DNA of 63,793 bases, filler included, from Chiloscyllium plagiosum (taxonomy: Eukaryota), in assembly GCF_004010195.1 (NCBI RefSeq). It is 4 parts of one record of this genome, joined end to end, with 100 filler letters (N's around TTAATTAATTAA, not from the genome) between each part and the next. Parts side by side here need not be neighbours in the genome. Positions count along the whole stretch, not along the records: positions 41,247 to 60,262 come from NC_057713.1; positions 60,363 to 63,793 come from NC_057713.1; 2 more parts are not named here. One strand, 5' to 3'. A model generated the notes under the pieces. That model did not search any database and was not told the DNA's origin. It was given only the letters and a program-made list of their open reading frames with translations. Below are positions 48,391 through 60,619 of the stretch, piece by piece (within the stretch, counting starts at the first letter, position 1; every line of letters starts with the position of its first letter). A program made the translations under genes and the position numbers.

Positions 48391-51300
48391 ACTCAGCACT
48401 TTGGATGTGTGTGTGAGACCCAGTGCATAGTGAATGTGGATGTCCATGTGAGTGTAGAGTGAATGTGTACGTATGCACAGTGAATGAGTATGTGTAGTGT
48501 GAACATGTGTGTGCATGCAGAGTGAATGTGTATATGTGCATGCCTAGAGCGAATGCGTGTGCATGTGCGCTGAATGTGTGTGAGTGAGCATGCAGAGTGA
48601 ACATGCGTTTGTGCACAGAGTGAATGTGCACATGTGGAGGCAGAATGAATGTGTGTGTGCAGGTGCAGAGTAAATGTCTGGATGTGCTGAGTGAATGTGT
48701 GTGTGTGTGCGCACAGAATGAATGCGTGCGTTCATTCTGTGTGGGCAGAGTGAATGTATATGTGTGTATATACAGTAAATTTGTGTGTGTGTGCGAACGC
48801 CTAGTCTCAATGTATGTGAGCGTGCAGAGTAAACATGTGCTTGGGTGCAGAGTTAATAATTGCGTGTGTGTGTGAATGTGTAAAGTGAATGTGTGAATGT
48901 TAGTGCGTGCGTGTTTGTGTCCGCACAGAGAATGTGTGTGCAGAGTGAATGTATATGTGTGTGTGCATATGCACAGTGAACAGGCATTTGTGTGTGCAGA
49001 GTAAGTGTGTGTGTGTGTTTGTGCAGAGTGAACATGTGTGTGTAATGCGAATGTGTGTGTGTGCAGAGTGAATATGTATGTGTGAGCATGCAGAGTGAAT
49101 GTGTGCATGTGTGTGCAGAGTGAATGGGTGTGCGCACAGAATGAAGTTTTTGTTCAGAGTGAATGTGTATATGTGTGCACAGAGACAATGTGTGTGTATT
49201 TGTGCATAGTGAATACATATGTGTGTGTAGAGTGAATGTATGTGTGTATACAGTGAATGTGTGCATGCATATGTATAGACCAAATGCTTGAGTGTGTCGA
49301 GTCAATGTGTTTATGCGCAGATTGAATGTGTGTGCATGTGCGCATGTACAGAGTGAACGTGTGTGTGCCTAGAGTGAATGTGTGTGCGTGCAAAATGAAT
49401 GTATGTATGTCTGTGCGTAGCGTGGATGTATACTTGTGTGTGCACAGTGAGTGCGTGTGTGAGGAGAGTGGGTGTGTCTGGTTAGAGTGAACGTTTGTGT
49501 GTGTGTGTCGAGTGAATGCATGTGCATGTGTCTATGTAGAGTGAGTGTGTGTGTGCAGAGTGAATGTGTGTGTGGGTGCAGATTAAATATATGTGTGCAG
49601 AGTGATAGTGTTTGTGTCGAGTGAACATCTGTGTCTGTGCATGCCGAGAGTGAACGTGTGTGTACGTGTGTGTGCAGAGTGAATGTGTGCACATGCAGTA
49701 TGACACTGTGTGTGTAGAGTGAATGTGTGTAGAGTGAATGTATGTGTGCACGCAGACAGACTGAATGCATGCTTGCAGAGTGAACGAGTGTGTGTGTGCA
49801 GAGTGAATGTGTTTTCGTGTGTGTGCCAAGAGTGAATGGGTTTGTACGTGCATGCAGAGTGAATGTGTGTATGTTTGTGCGTGGTGTTAATGTGTATTTG
49901 TGTGAGCGCAGTGAGTGTGAGTGTGAGCAGAGTGGCTGTGTGTGTGCCTCCACAGATTGTGTGTGTGCATGCATAGTGAATGTGTGCATGTACAGTGAAT
50001 GTGTGCATGTGTCTGTATAGAATGAATGTGTGTGTGTGAAGTCAATGTGTGAGAGTGCAGAATGAATGTGTGTGGGCATGCAAAGTGAACCTGTGTGTGT
50101 CACACATATTGAACGTGTGTGTGTGCAAAGTCAGTGTGTGTGAGCAGAGTGAACATGTATGTGTGTTTGTGCAGAGTAAATGTGTGTGCTTAGATTGAAT
50201 GTGTGTGTGTGTGTGCAGAGTGAACGTGTGTTTGCACAGAGATAAAATGTGTATGAGCATGCAGTGTGAATGTGTGCATGTTTGTGCAGAGTGAGAGTGT
50301 GTGTATATGCGTGCAGAATGAATGTGTTTGTGCATGAGTGAATATATATATGTGTGTATGCACAGAGTGCATGTGTGCATATATATACATAGTGAATGTG
50401 TGTGTGCACAGAGTGAGTGTGTGTGTAGAGTCAATGTGTGTATGCGCAGATTGAATGTGTGTGCATGTGCAGCATGAATGTGCGCATGTACAGAATGAAC
50501 GTGTGTGTGCCTAGAGTGAATGTGTATGTGCGTGCATGCAAAATGAATGTATGTATGTTTGTGCGTAGCGTGGATGTATACTTGTGTGTGCACAGTGAGT
50601 GCGTGTGTGAGGAGAGTGGATGTGTCTGGGCAGAGTGAACGTATGTGTGTCTTGAGTGAATGCATGCATGTGACTATGTGGAGTGAGTGTGTGTGTGCAG
50701 AGTGAATGTGTGTGGGTGCAGATTAATTATATGTGTTCAGAGTGGTAGTGTTTGTGTCGAGTGAACATCTGTGTCTGTGCATGCCTAGAGTGAATGTGTG
50801 TGTACGTGTGCGCGCAGAGTGAATGTGTGCGCGTCCTGAATGACACTGTGTGTGTAGAGTGAATGTGTTTGTGTACAGTGAATGTATGTGTGCACGCAGA
50901 GAGACAGACTGAATGCATGCATGCAGACTGAACGAGTGTGTGTGTGCAGAGTGAATGAGTTTTCGTGTGTGTGTGCCAAGAGTGAATGGGTTTGTACGTG
51001 CATGCAGAGTGAATGTGTGTATGTTTGTGCGTGGTGTTAATGTGTATTTGTGTGAGTGCAGTGAGTGTGAGTGTGAGTGTGAGCAGAGTGGCTGTGTGTG
51101 TGCCTCCACAGATTGTGTGTGTGCATGCATAGTGAATGTGTGCGTGTACAGTGAATGTGTGCATGTGTCTGTGTAGAATGAATGTGTGTGTGTGAAGTCA
51201 ATGTGTGTGAGTGCAGAATGAATGTGTGTGGGAATGCAGAGTGAACCTGTGTGTGTCACACATATTGAACATGTGTGTGTGCAAAGTCAGCGTGTGTGAG

Positions 51301-52697
51301 CAGAGTGAACATGTATGCGTGTGTGTGTTTGTGCAGAGTAAACATGTGTGCTTAGATTGAATGTGTATGTGTGCGTGCAGAGTGAATGTGTGTTTGCACA
51401 GAGATAAAATGTGTGTGAGCATGCAGTGTGAACGTGTGCATGTTTGTGCAGTGAGAGTGTGTGTGTATGTGTGCAGAATGAATGTGTTTGTGCATGAGTG
51501 AATATATGTATGTGTGTATGCACAGAGTGCATGTGTGCATATATGTGCATAGTGAATGTGTGTGCACGCAGACTGAATGTGTTTGTGCATGTAAGTGAAT
51601 ATGTGTGTAAGCACAGAGTGAATGTGTGTGTATACGCACAGAGTGAATGTTTGTGTAACACGAACATGTGTCTGTGCATGCCTGGAGTGAATGTGTCCAT
51701 GTGCATGTGGAGACTGAATGGTATGTGTAGATAAATGTGTGTGCTTGTGCAGAGTGAATGTGTGTGCGTGCGCAGAGTGAATGTGTGTTTGCACAGAGTG
51801 AATGTGTGTGCATGTTTGTGCAGAGTGAGAGTATGTGTGTATGCGTGCAGAATGAAAGTGTGCATGAATAAATATGTATGTGTGTATGCATAGAGTCAAT
51901 GTGTGCGTATATGTGCATAGTGAATGTGTGTGTTTGCGCAGTGAATGTGTTTGTGTAAAGCGAACATGTGTCTGTGCATGCCTGAGTGAATATGTGCATG
52001 TGCGTGTGCAGACTGTATGTGTGTGTGTGCAGATTGAATATGTATGTGTGCAGAGTGTTGTATGTGTGCACCGAGTAAATCTGTGTTACTGAACATGTGT
52101 TTGTATATGTGTCTGTGTGCAGTGAACGTGTGTGCAGAGTGAATGTGTGTGTGAACATGAAGAGTTAATGTTATGCGTGTTTGTGCAGAAAGTGTGTACG
52201 CATGTGTGCGTGCAGAATGAATGTGATTGTGCATGTGAGTGATTATATGTGTAAGCACAGAGTGAATGTGTGTGTATTTGTGCAGACTGAATGTGCATGT
52301 GTGCAGAGTGAATGTGTGTGTGCCGAGTAAATGTGCATGTGTGCAGAGTGCTTGTGTGTCCAGAGTGAATGTGGGTGCAGGGTTAACGTATGCGTGTAGA
52401 GTAAATGTGTTTGTGTAGAGTGAACATCTATGTCTATGCATGCCAAGAGTGAATGTGTGTGTGTGTTTGTGCATGTGCGCGTGCATGTAGAGTGAATATG
52501 GGTGTGTATGTGCAGAGTGAATGTGTGTGTGCGCACAGAGTGACAGTGTGTGTGAATGTCTGTGTGTGCAGGGTGAATGTGTATGTGTTGTATGAAAATG
52601 TGTGTCTGTGTAGAGTGAATGTGTGTGTGTAGCGTGATAGTGTGTGTGCATAGTGAATGTGTGTGTGCGTGCACAGAATGAATGTGTGTTTACAGAG

Positions 52698-53000
52698 TGG
52701 GCGGCAAAGTGGATAGCACTGCTGCCTCACAGAGCTAGAGACCGAGTTCAATTCCCGCCTCAGGCAACTGTCTGTGTGGAGTTTGCACATTCTCCCCGTG
52801 TCTGCGTGGGTTTCCTCCAAGTGCTCCGGTTTCCTCCCACAGTCCAAAAATGTGCAGGTTAGGTGAATTGGCCATGCTAAATTGCCCGTAGTGTTAGGTG
52901 CGGGGAATGGGTCTGGGTGGATTGCTCTTCGGAGGGTCGGTGTGGACTTGTTGGGCCAAAGGGCCTGTTTCCACACTGTAAGTAATCTAATCTAATCTAA
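52698..53000 (+). mobile_element. HE1-like SINE inserted in the satellite
   Basis: Splits the satellite word TACAGAGT|AAATGAGT (intact at ~54225); SINE core and (TAATC)n tail. Confidence 0.93.
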
Positions 53001-56000
53001 ATGAGTGTGTGCTTGTGTGTGCGTGCGCGCGTCCCTAAAGTGAATGTGTGCGCATAGAGTGAATGTGCATGCGTGTGTGTGCAGAGTGAAAATGTGTTTT
53101 TGCAGAGTGAATATGTGTCAGTGAGCATGCAGAGAGAATGTGTGCTTGTTTGTGCACAGTGAATATGTGTGTATATGCAGAATGAATGTGTTTATGCATG
53201 TGAGTGAATATATATGTATGTAAACACAGAGGGAATGTGTGTATATAAGCACAGAGTGGATGTATAGAGTCAATGTATGTGCATACAGAGTGAATGCGTT
53301 TGTATAGTGTGAACATTTGTCTGTGCGTGCCTGGAGTGAATGTGTCCATGTGCATGTGGAGACTGAATGGTATGTGTAGATGAATGTGTGTGTTTGCACA
53401 GAGTGAATGTGTATGTCCAGAGTGAATATCTGCGCGTGTAGTGTGAATTTGTGTGTGTAGAGTGGATATGTGTGTGGGTTTGTGTGTGTGCAGAATGAAA
53501 GTGTGTGAATACTGAACATATATTTGTATTTGTGTGTGCAGAGCGAATATGTGTGTGTGAGTATGCAGAGTGAATGTTATGTGTGTTTGTGCAGAGTGAA
53601 AGTGTGTTTGCGTGTGTGCATGCAGAATAAATGTCATTGTGCATGTGAGTGAATATATGTGTATGCACCGAGTGAATGTGTGTGTATTTGTGGAGACTGA
53701 ATTTGTGTGTGCAGTGTGAATGTGTGTGTCCGCAGTGAATGTGTGCGTGTGTATGTAAAGTGGGAATGAGTTTGTGTGAAGCGTCAAAGTCTGTGTGTGC
53801 AGAGTGAATGTGTACATGTGCAGAGTGAACATATGTGTGTTGAGTAAATGTGTGTATGTGTGCAGAGTGATTGTGTGTAGAGTGAACATCTATGTCTATG
53901 CTGAACATCTATGTCTATGCACACTTTCAGCGAATATGTGTGTGTGTGTGCGCAGAGTGAATGTGTGTGTGCGCAGAGTGTGAAGTCCATATATGTAAGC
54001 GCAGAGTGAATGTGTTTGTGTAGAGTGAACATTTGTCTGTGCATGCCTGGAGTGAATGTGTGCGTGTGCATGTGCAGAGTGTGTGTGAACATGTGTGTGT
54101 GCAGTGTGAATGTGTATGTTAGTGTGAAGGTGTGCTTCTGCGTAGAGTGAATGTGTGTGTGCAGTGTGACACTGTGTGTGCATAGTGAATGTGTGTGTGC
54201 GTGCACCGAATGAATGTTTGTGTTTACAGAGTAAATGAGTATGTGTATGTGTGCCTAAAGTGAATGTGTGTGCATAGAGTGAATGTGTGTGTGTGTAGTG
54301 TGAGTGCATAGTGAATGTATGTGTGCATGCACAGAGTGAATGCATGTGTTTACAGAGTAAATGAGCATGTGTGTGTGTGCATGCATGCCTAAAGTGAATG
54401 TGTGAGCAGAGTGAATGTGTGTTTGCGCAGAGTGAATACGTGAGAGTGAGCATGCAGAGTGAATGTGTGCGTGTTTGTACAGAGTGTGTGTGTATGCAGA
54501 ATGAATGTGTTCATGCATGCGAGTGAATATATATGTGTGTAAGCACAGAGTGGATGTGTGTGTAAAGAGTCCTTATATGTAAGCGCAGAGTGAATGTGTT
54601 TGTGTAGAGTGAACATTTGTCTGTGCATGCCTGGAGTGAATGTGTGCGTGTGCATGTGCAGACTGAATGGTATATGTAGATGCACGTGTGTGTTTGCGTA
54701 GAGTGAATTTGTGTGTGCAGAGTGGATATGTGTATGGGTGTGCGTGCATATGTGTGTGCAGATGAAAGTACTGTTCGTGTGTGCATACTGAATGTGTGTG
54801 TGTGTGCAGAGCGAATATGTGTGTGAGTATGCAAAGTGAATGTTATGTGTATTTATGCAGAGCAAAAGTCTGTATGCATGTGTGCATGCAGATTGAATGT
54901 GATTGTGCATGTGAGTGAATATATGTGCATTCACAGAGTGAATGTGTGTGTATTTGTGCAGACTGAATTTCTGTATATGCAGTATGAATGTGTGTATCTA
55001 TAGTGAATGTGTGCGCGTGTGTGTGAAGCATCAAAATCTGCATGCACAGAGTAAATGTGTTAGTGTGCAGAGTGAACATATGTGTGTTGAGTAAATGTGT
55101 GTATGTGTGCAGAGTGATTGCGTGTGCAGAGTGAATGTGGGTGCTGGCTAAACATATGTGTTTAGAGTGAATGTGTTTGTGTAGAGTGAACATCTATGTC
55201 TATGCACGCTTTGAGCGAATGTGTGTGTGTGGGTGTGCAAGCACACGTGCAGAAACAATGTGGGTGCATATGTGCAGAGTGAATGTGTGTGTGCGCAGAG
55301 TGATGGTGTGTGTGAATGTGTGTGTGTAGTGTGAATGTGTATGTGTAGTGTGAAGTTGTGTGTCTGCGTAGAGTGAATGTTTGTGTATGCAGTGTGATAG
55401 TGTGTGCATAGTGAATGTGTGTGTGTGCACAGAATGAATGTGTGCATTTACAGAGTAAATGAGTATGTGTGTGTGTGCATGCCTAAAGTGAATGTGTGTG
55501 TGTATGCATAGTGAATCTGTGTGTGCGTGCACAGAGTGAATGCGTACGTTTACAGAGTATGTGTGTGTGCGTGCCTAAAGTGAATGTGTGTGTAGAGTGA
55601 ATGTGTATGTGTGTGCACAAAGTGAATGTGTTTGCGCAGAGTGAATATGTGTGAGTGAGCATGCAGAGTGAATGGGTGCGTGATTGTGCAGAGTGAAAGT
55701 GTGTGTGTATGTATGCAGAATGAATGTGTTTGTGCATGTGAGTGAATACTTATGTGTGTAAGCACAGAGTGAATGTGTGTGTGGACGCACAGAGTGGATG
55801 TGTGTGTATAGAGTCAATGCATGTGCGTGCAGAGTGAATGTGTTTGTGTAGCATGAACATCTATGTCTATGCACACTTTGAGCGAATGTGTGTGTGCACA
55901 CACCCGCCTTGAGTCAATGTGGGTGTGTATGTGCAAAATGAATGTGTGTGAATGTCTGTGTGTGCAGTGTGAAGGTGTGTGTCTGCGTAGAGTGAATGTG

Positions 56001-59000
56001 TGTGTGTTTGGTGAATGTGTATGTTTGTGCACAGAATGAATATGTGTGTGTGCGTGCCTAAAGTGAAGGTGTGCGCGTAGAGTGAATGTGTATGTATGTG
56101 TGCAGAATGAACGTGTGTTTGCGCAGAGGGAATACGTGTGAGTGGGCATGCAGAGTAAATGTGTGTGTGTGCATGCAGAATGAATGAGTTCGTGCGTGTA
56201 AATATGTATGTCTGTGTGCACAGAGAAAATGTGTGTGTATTTGTGCAGAGTGAACACATGCGTGAAGCGTGAATGTGTGTGTACAGTGAATGTATGTGTG
56301 TGTTGTGACAACGTATGTGCGCAGAATAAATATATGTGCACACAGAGTGAATGTGCACATGTGCAGAGTGATTGTGTGTGCAGAGTAAACTTGACTGTGG
56401 AGAGTGAATGAGTTTGTGTAGAGGATCTGTGTCAGTGGATCCCGCGAGTGAGTGAGTGAGAGTATTTGTGTGTGCATGCATGCGCGTGTCTGCAGAGTGA
56501 ATGTGTATCTACAGAGTGAATGTGTGTGCACAGAGTGAACGAGTGTGCGTGTGTATGTGTGCACGCGCGCCTGTTTGGAGTGAATGTGTGCGCGTGCGCA
56601 GAGTGAATGTGTGTATGTTTGTGTCTAGCATGGATGTGTATTTATGTGTGTACAGAGTGAGTGTGTGTATGCAGAGTGAACGTGTGTGTACAGTGAATTT
56701 GTGCATGTGTATGTGTAGAGTGAATGTGTGTGTGTAGAGTCAATGTGTACATGTGCACAGTGAATGTGTGCATGTGCAGAGTGGAACACGTGTGTGTCGA
56801 ATAAATGTGTGTGTGCAAAGTGAATGTGTATGCAGAGTGAAATTGTGTGAGAGTGCAGGGGAAACATATGTGTGTAGAGTGGATATGTTTGTGTAGCGTG
56901 AACACCTGTGTCTGTGCATGCCTCGAGTGAATATATGTGTGTTTGCGCAGAGTGAATGTGTGCGTGTGCAGCGTGAATGTCTATATGTACATAGAGTAAA
57001 TGTGTGCATGTGTAGAGTGAACATGTATATGTCAAGTAACTGTGTGTGTGCAGAGTGATAGTGTGTGTGCAGAGTGAATGTGTGTGCAGAGTGAATGTGT
57101 GTGAACACAGTGAATGTATGTGTGAACACAGTGAATGTGTGTGTGTAGAGTGAGCGAGTGTGTGTCTGTGCAGAGTGTGTGCACGTGTGTCTGTACATAG
57201 AGTGAATGTGTGTACGTTTGTGCATTGCGTGGAAGTGTAATTGTGTGTGTCTGTGTGCATCTGCAGATTGAATGTGCACTTGTGTGTTTGTACAGATCGA
57301 ATGTGTGTGTGCAGAATGAACATGTGTGCATAGAGTGAATATCTATGCATGCAGAGAATGAATGTGTGTGCACACAGAGTGAATTTGTGTAAGTGCAGAG
57401 TGACTGTGCGTGCGTAGAGTAAATTTGTGTCTGTGCGCACCTGGAGTGAATGTGTGCATGTGTAGTGTGTCCATGTACAATAGATGTATGTATGCAAAGT
57501 GATTATGTATGCCTGCGCAGAGTGAATGTGTGTATGCACAGATTGAATGTGTTTAAGTATATGTGTGAAGATTGAATGTGCATGTGTGTGAGTGCAGAGT
57601 GAAAATCTGTGCGTGTGCATGAATTGTGAATGTCTATGTGTGCAGAGTGAATGTGTGCATATGCCAAGTGAATGTGTGTTTTTGCAGAGCGAACGTGTGT
57701 GTGTATTCCTAGAGTGAATGCCTGTGTGTGAGCGAGACAGTGGCAATGCTTGTTTGCATGCAGACTGCATGTGTACATGTGTGTGCAGAGCCGATATCTG
57801 TGTGTGAACTGAGTGTGTGTCTGTGTGCATTGTGAATGTGTATGTAAAATGATTATGTATGCATGGACACAGTGAATGTGTGTGTGTATGTGCATGTGCA
57901 GAGAGAATGTGTGTGTGTGCAGGGTGAATGTATCTCTCTGTAGAGTGAATGTGTGTGTACGCAGAGTGAATGTGTGTGTTTGTGCTTGCAGAGTGAATGC
58001 ATGCATGTGTGCATGCCCACAGTGAATGTGTATGTGGCACAGTGAACATGTGTGTGCAGAGTGAATGTGTGCGTTTGTGTGCAGAATGAATGCATATGTG
58101 CACTGAGCGAATGCATATGTCTTTCTAAGCAGAGAGAATGTGTGTGCACAGTGAATGCATGTGTGTGGAGTGAATGTGTGTGCAAAATAAATATGAGCGT
58201 GTGCAGAGCGAACATGTGTGTGTCAAGTACATTTGTGTTTGTGTAAATAAAAATGTGTAGAGTGAATGTGTGTGCAGAGTGAACATGCATGTGTGTTCCT
58301 AGAATGAATGTGAGTGCGTGTGTGTGTGCGCGCGCGTATGGAGATTGAATGTATGTGAGTGAGCGTGCAGAGTGAATGTGTGTGTGCACAGAGTGAATGT
58401 GTTTGTGTGTGCAGTGAATGTGTGTGTATGTGTAGAGTGAATGCATGTGTATGTGTGCATGTACAGAGTGAATGTGCGTTTTTATGTGTGCAGAGTGGAC
58501 GTGTTTGTGTGCATATTGAACATGTGTTTGTGTCTGTGTGTGCAGTGAATGTGTGTGCACATGCAGAGTGAATGTGTGTTTGCACAGAGTGAATATGTGT
58601 GCGTGAGCATGCAGAGTGAATGTGATGCGTGTTTGTGCAGAAAGTGTATATGCGTATGTGTGCGCAGAATGAATGCGATTGTGAGTGAATATATGTGTAG
58701 GCACAGAGTGAATGTGTGCGTAGTTGTGCAGACTGAATGTGTGTGTGTGTAGTGTGAATGTATGCATGTATATGTGCAGAAGGAATGAGTGTGTGAAGCG
58801 ACAATGAATGTATGTGCGTGTAGAGTGAACATGGGTGTGTCGAGTAAATGTGTGTGTGTGCAGAGTGAATGTGGGAGTAGGATAAACGTATGTGTGTAGA
58901 CTGAATGTGTTTTTGTAGAGTGAACATCTATGTCGGTGCATGCCTAGAGGGAATGTGTGTGTGTGTGTGTGTGTGAGTGTGCAGAGTGAATGATTGTGTA

Positions 59001-59855
59001 GAGTGAATGTGTGTGTTTGCGCAGTGATAGTATGTGTGAATGCCTGTGTGTGCAGAGTGAATGTATATGTGTAGTGTGAATGTGTATCTGCGTAGAGTGA
59101 ATGCGTGTATGCAGTGTGATAGTGTGTGCAAGTGAATGTGTGCATGCAGAGAGTGAATGTGTATGTGTGTGACTGTGCGTGCTTAAAGTGAATGTGTATG
59201 CATACACAGTGTGCAGAGTGAATGTGTAACTGTGTGTGTGTTTTTGCAGAGTGAACGCACGTGTATGTGTATGCTGAGTGAACGCTTGTGTGTGTGGAGT
59301 GAATGTGTGCGTAGAGTGAATGCGTGTGTGCAGAGTTGAAGATGTATGCGCGCATGCCAACAATGAATGTGTGTGTAGATTGAACATGTGTTTGTGTGCA
59401 GAATGAATGTGTGTGTGCACTGAGACAATGCATATGTGTGTGTAAAAAGAGTGAATGTATATATGTGCATAAAATGAATGTGTGTGTGTGTGAGGGCAGA
59501 GTAAATGTGTGTGTGTATAGTGAATGTGGTTATGTAGAGTGAAAGTGTGTTTGTGTGCAGAATGGATTGTGTGTGTGCACGGAGAGTCAATGTGTGTGAG
59601 CGCAGAGGAAATGTGTGTATGCGTGCGAGCGCGCGTGTGCATGCCTAAAGTGAATGTTTGTGCTTATGCAGTGTGAATATGTATTTGTGTGTGTAGAGAT
59701 TGTGTGTGTTTGCGCAGAGTGAATGTGTTTCTCTGTTTACGTGTGCAGATTGAATGTGTGTATGTGCACGTGTGTAGAGGTGTGAATGTGTATGTCGAGT
59801 GAATTTGTGTACAAAGTAAATGTATGTGTAGAGTGAATGTGTGTGTGTGTGTGTT

Positions 59856-60180
59856 CAAAGTTTGTGAAAAGTTCTGTAGCTCGGGTGCTCGTTGTGGTGG
59901 TTCTGTTCGCCATGCTGGGAATTTGTGTTGCAGACGTTTCGTCCCTTGTCTAGGTGACATCCTCAGTGCTTGGGAGCCTCCTGTGAAGCGCTTCTGTGAT
60001 CTTTCCTCCGGCATTTGTAGTGGTTTGAATCTGCCGCTTCCGGTTGTCAGTTCCAGCTGTCCATTGCAGTGGCCGGTATATTGGGTCCAGGTCTATGTGC
60101 TCATTGATTGAATCTGTGGATGAGTGCCATGCCTGTAGGAATTCCCTGGCTGTTCTCTGTTTGGCTTGTCCTATAATAGT
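59856..60180 (-). mobile_element. Penelope-like element 3' fragment: GIY-YIG endonuclease C-terminus plus 3' region with hammerhead
   Basis: IIGQAKQRTAREFLQAWHSSTDSINEHIDLDPIYRPL resembles the PLE endonuclease end (R.FLE.W...SIN). Confidence 0.82.
59930..59969 (-). ncRNA. Minimal type-I hammerhead ribozyme with intact core
   Basis: GCA-CTGAGGA-T-GTC(A)CCT-AGACA-AGGGAC-GAAAC-GTC-TGC: stem I GCA/TGC, CUGANGA, stem II, GAAA, GUC site. Confidence 0.85.
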
Positions 60181-60262
60181 TGAAACTTTATTGCTGGAAC
60201 AGCACAGCAGGTCAGGCAGCATCCAGGGAACAGGAGATTCGACGTTTCGGGCACAGGCCCTT
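60181..60262 (-). mobile_element. Penelope-like terminus (hammerhead cut by gap)
   Basis: Minus AAGGGC-CTGT-GCCC-GAAAC-GTC-GAAT...CCTGACCTGCTGTGCTGTTCCAGCAATAAA. Confidence 0.75.
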
Positions 60263-60362
60263 NNNNNNNNNNNNNNNNNNNNNNNNNNNNNNNNNNNNNN
60301 NNNNNNTTAATTAATTAANNNNNNNNNNNNNNNNNNNNNNNNNNNNNNNNNNNNNNNNNNNN
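60263..60362. other. Assembly gap with artificial linker
   Basis: N-run, TTAATTAATTAA, N-run. Confidence 0.95.
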
Positions 60363-60615
60363 CCTTCTTGACCTGCAATCTTCTTCCTGACCTCTCCGCC
60401 CCCACCCCCGCTCCGGCCTATCACCCTCACCTTAACCTCCTTCCAACTATCATATTCCCACGCCCCTCCCCCAAGTCCCTCCTCCCTACCTTTTATCTTA
60501 GCCTGCTTGGCACACCCTCCTCATCCCTGAAGAAGGGCTTATGCCCGAAACGTCGATTCTCCTGTTTCTTTGATGCTGCCTGACCTGCTGCGCTTTTCCA
60601 GCAACATATTTTTAA
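60363..60615 (+). mobile_element. Penelope-like 3' terminus
   Basis: Near-identical (reverse complement) to 22929-23136; contains hammerhead. Confidence 0.8.
60523..60558 (+). ncRNA. Minimal type-I hammerhead ribozyme motif
   Basis: ATCC-CTGAAGA-A-GGGC-TTAT-GCCC-GAAAC-GTC-GATT. Confidence 0.75.
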
Positions 60616-60619
60616 GCAA

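Larger units (their letters stand above)
41630..59855 (+). repeat. ~18 kb degenerate GT-rich satellite, core GCAGAGTGAATGTGTGT, interrupted by a CR1 and a SINE
   Basis: Hundreds of AGAGTGAA(T/C) anchors separated by variable (TG)n/TGCA runs, all in one orientation. Confidence 0.97.

Noticed and set aside
41585..59642. Long His/Thr-rich ORFs (up to 540 aa) as metal-binding proteins
   Set aside because: Open in all three minus frames simply because the CA-rich strand lacks stop codons; frequent 2-nt indels between duplicated blocks do not preserve frame
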